A stretch of 62,922 bases of DNA, counting the filler, from Basidiobolus meristosporus CBS 931.73 (lineage: Eukaryota; Fungi; Basidiobolomycota): NCBI GenBank assembly GCA_002104905.1. It is 5 parts of 5 records of this genome, joined end to end, with 100 filler letters (N's around TTAATTAATTAA, not from the genome) between each part and the next. Parts side by side here need not be neighbours in the genome. Positions count along the whole stretch, not along the records: positions 53,890 to 62,922 come from MCFE01001331.1; 4 more parts are not named here. One strand, 5' to 3'. The position numbers and the translations under genes were made by a program. Below the pieces are notes generated by a model. That model was not told the origin of the DNA. It saw only the letters and a program-made list of their open reading frames with translations, and made no database searches. Below are positions 61,734 through 62,922 of this stretch, one piece after another. How positions within the stretch are numbered: the stretch's first letter is position 1; each line of letters starts with the position of its first letter.

Positions 61734-62720
61734 GAGGGAAAGTCACCAAGGTAGGTGAAATCTTTATTTGAATGCAGACAAGTCTAACTACAAATAAAGA
61801 AGCCAGCTGGGAATTGAAGATTCCCAAAGTAAACACTAAGTTGAATATGAATAAATCTAAGCTAAAGTTAAGGCAGTATCCCAGAGTACACTGGAGTTCA
61901 GATTCATGGGGGAGTGAAGTAGATAAGCTTGAGAGATATAATAATCTTTTAAGAAGTGGGTAACAGCAGGTGAAGGGGAGTTTTTGATAAGTGAAGTGAA
62001 TCTTGAGAGCAGAGATTCCTCTAATGAGAAGGTCTTGTAAACTGGAGAATCAGGAAACTCTTTAAAGGCATGGTCAGTAGGTTCCCAGTAAAACTGGTCA
62101 GAGACATTTTGAGAGAACTCTTTAGCAATACTTTTGTCAAGTACTACCTCCAGAGTGTGATTGTTGATAAATCTCATGTTAACAATCTTGGATAAATTGT
62201 AACCTTGTTGCTTGAGATACATCCTATGTTCAGATATAGGAATGAACTCCACATTGGCAAAGTAGCAGACAGCCCAGTCAGTAGCAGGAGGCAAATCAGA
62301 AGTAGCAGGAAACTTTCTTTTAGTCTTGGGAGGAGCAGCAGGATGTCTTGAGGAAGCAGGAACAGGCTTTTTGACAGCTTCAGAGTAGGAAGAGTGAGCA
62401 GAAGCAGATGATTCTTGGGGAGTCTTGTTGACAGGAACAGCTGGCAGAGAGACAATAGATTCTTGCAGATCAGAGAAGGCAGAAAACAGCTTTTGAACTT
62501 GTTTCTTGAGTAAAGCATTTTCAGCTTCAACAAGTGCAAGCCTTTCCTCAAGGAAGGAAATCTGAAGGGAATGGAGTGAAGGCATAAGAAATAAGAAGAA
62601 GAGGGTAAGATGGGGTGGGTGGGTGGGAAAATTAGCAGGGAGAAGAGAAGGAAGGAGCAAAAATTCCAGAAGTCAGAATTTATAGATGGATGGACAAGGG
62701 TAGATGGATGGATTATCCCT
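61734..62720 (-). mobile_element. Unit U5: terminal retroelement-like unit with gag-like ORF
   Basis: Shared 3' end abutting TTAGGG repeats; 5' end capped by telomeric repeats. Confidence 0.7.
61857..62585 (-). CDS. ORF1/gag-like protein, 242 aa from the first ATG
   Basis: N-terminal coiled coil (LEERLALVEAENALLKKQVQKL), SYSEAVK motif, Pro/basic linker, alpha/beta domain (YFANV..ISEHRMYLKQQG..IVNMRFI..LEVVLD); this layout resembles non-LTR ORF1 proteins (inference). Confidence 0.6.
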   Translation of the reverse strand: MPSLHSLQISFLEERLALVEAENALLKKQVQKLFSAFSDLQESIVSLPAVPVNKTPQESSASAHSSYSEAVKKPVPASSRHPAAPPKTKRKFPATSDLPPATDWAVCYFANVEFIPISEHRMYLKQQGYNLSKIVNMRFINNHTLEVVLDKSIAKEFSQNVSDQFYWEPTDHAFKEFPDSPVYKTFSLEESLLSRFTSLIKNSPSPAVTHFLKDYYISQAYLLHSPMNLNSSVLWDTALTLA

Positions 62721-62750
62721 GGGTTAGGAAAATTAGCAGGGAGAAGAGAA

Positions 62751-62922
62751 GGGTTAGGGTTAGGGTTAGGGTTAGGGTTAGGGTTAGGGTTAGGGTTAGG
62801 GTTAGGGTTAGGGTTAGGGTTAGGGTTAGGGTTAGGGTTAGGGTTAGGGTTAGGGTTAGGGTTAGGGTTAGGGTTAGGGTTAGGGTTAGGGTTAGGGTTA
62901 GGGTTAGGGTTAGGGTTAGGTT
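62751..62922 (+). repeat. Telomere (TTAGGG)n, about 29 units
   Basis: Uninterrupted TTAGGG array at the sequence end with the G-strand running outward. Confidence 0.98.

Noticed and set aside
57900-62720. Telomere-linked RecQ helicase
   Set aside because: No Walker A or DEAH-type motifs found in any frame I read.
1-62922. CRISPR arrays, rRNA and tRNA genes
   Set aside because: None seen; the eukaryotic context and repeat structure are explained by transposons and telomeres.

Overview
Right-hand end of a eukaryotic chromosome, finishing in about 29 TTAGGG repeats (62751-62922). It is most likely a non-ascomycete, early-diverging fungus (inference from a 63-bp CTAAC-branch intron, CpG-type decay of repeats and the retroelement types). 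Four 100-bp assembly spacers are present. Roughly the first 53 kb is a nested graveyard of CpG-depleted transposons: two Ty3/Gypsy families, Ty1/Copia remnants, four LTR families, several CACTA/EnSpm copies with a divergent accessory gene, and a PIF/Harbinger-like (PHIS) family. That family has five partial copies plus MITEs, AGAC...GTCT termini, atypical 3-bp TSDs, self-nested insertions and a cryptic third ORF. CpG-retaining host islands hold a spliced four-finger C2H2 gene (37322-37855) and two tandem Gly/Asn-rich paralogues with Y-D-S/T-G repeats (the complete one has a signal peptide). The most striking system is the last ~3 kb: a stack of 5'-truncated retroelement-like units. Each unit begins at a TTAGGG-like junction with the same 3' end (AATAAA plus a covarying stem-loop), all face away from the telomere, and the outermost carries an intact, CpG-free gag-like ORF. 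This is an architecture like HeT-A, Athena/Coprina or MoTeR. Everything was read by eye; boundaries of degenerate elements are approximate and no database search was run.
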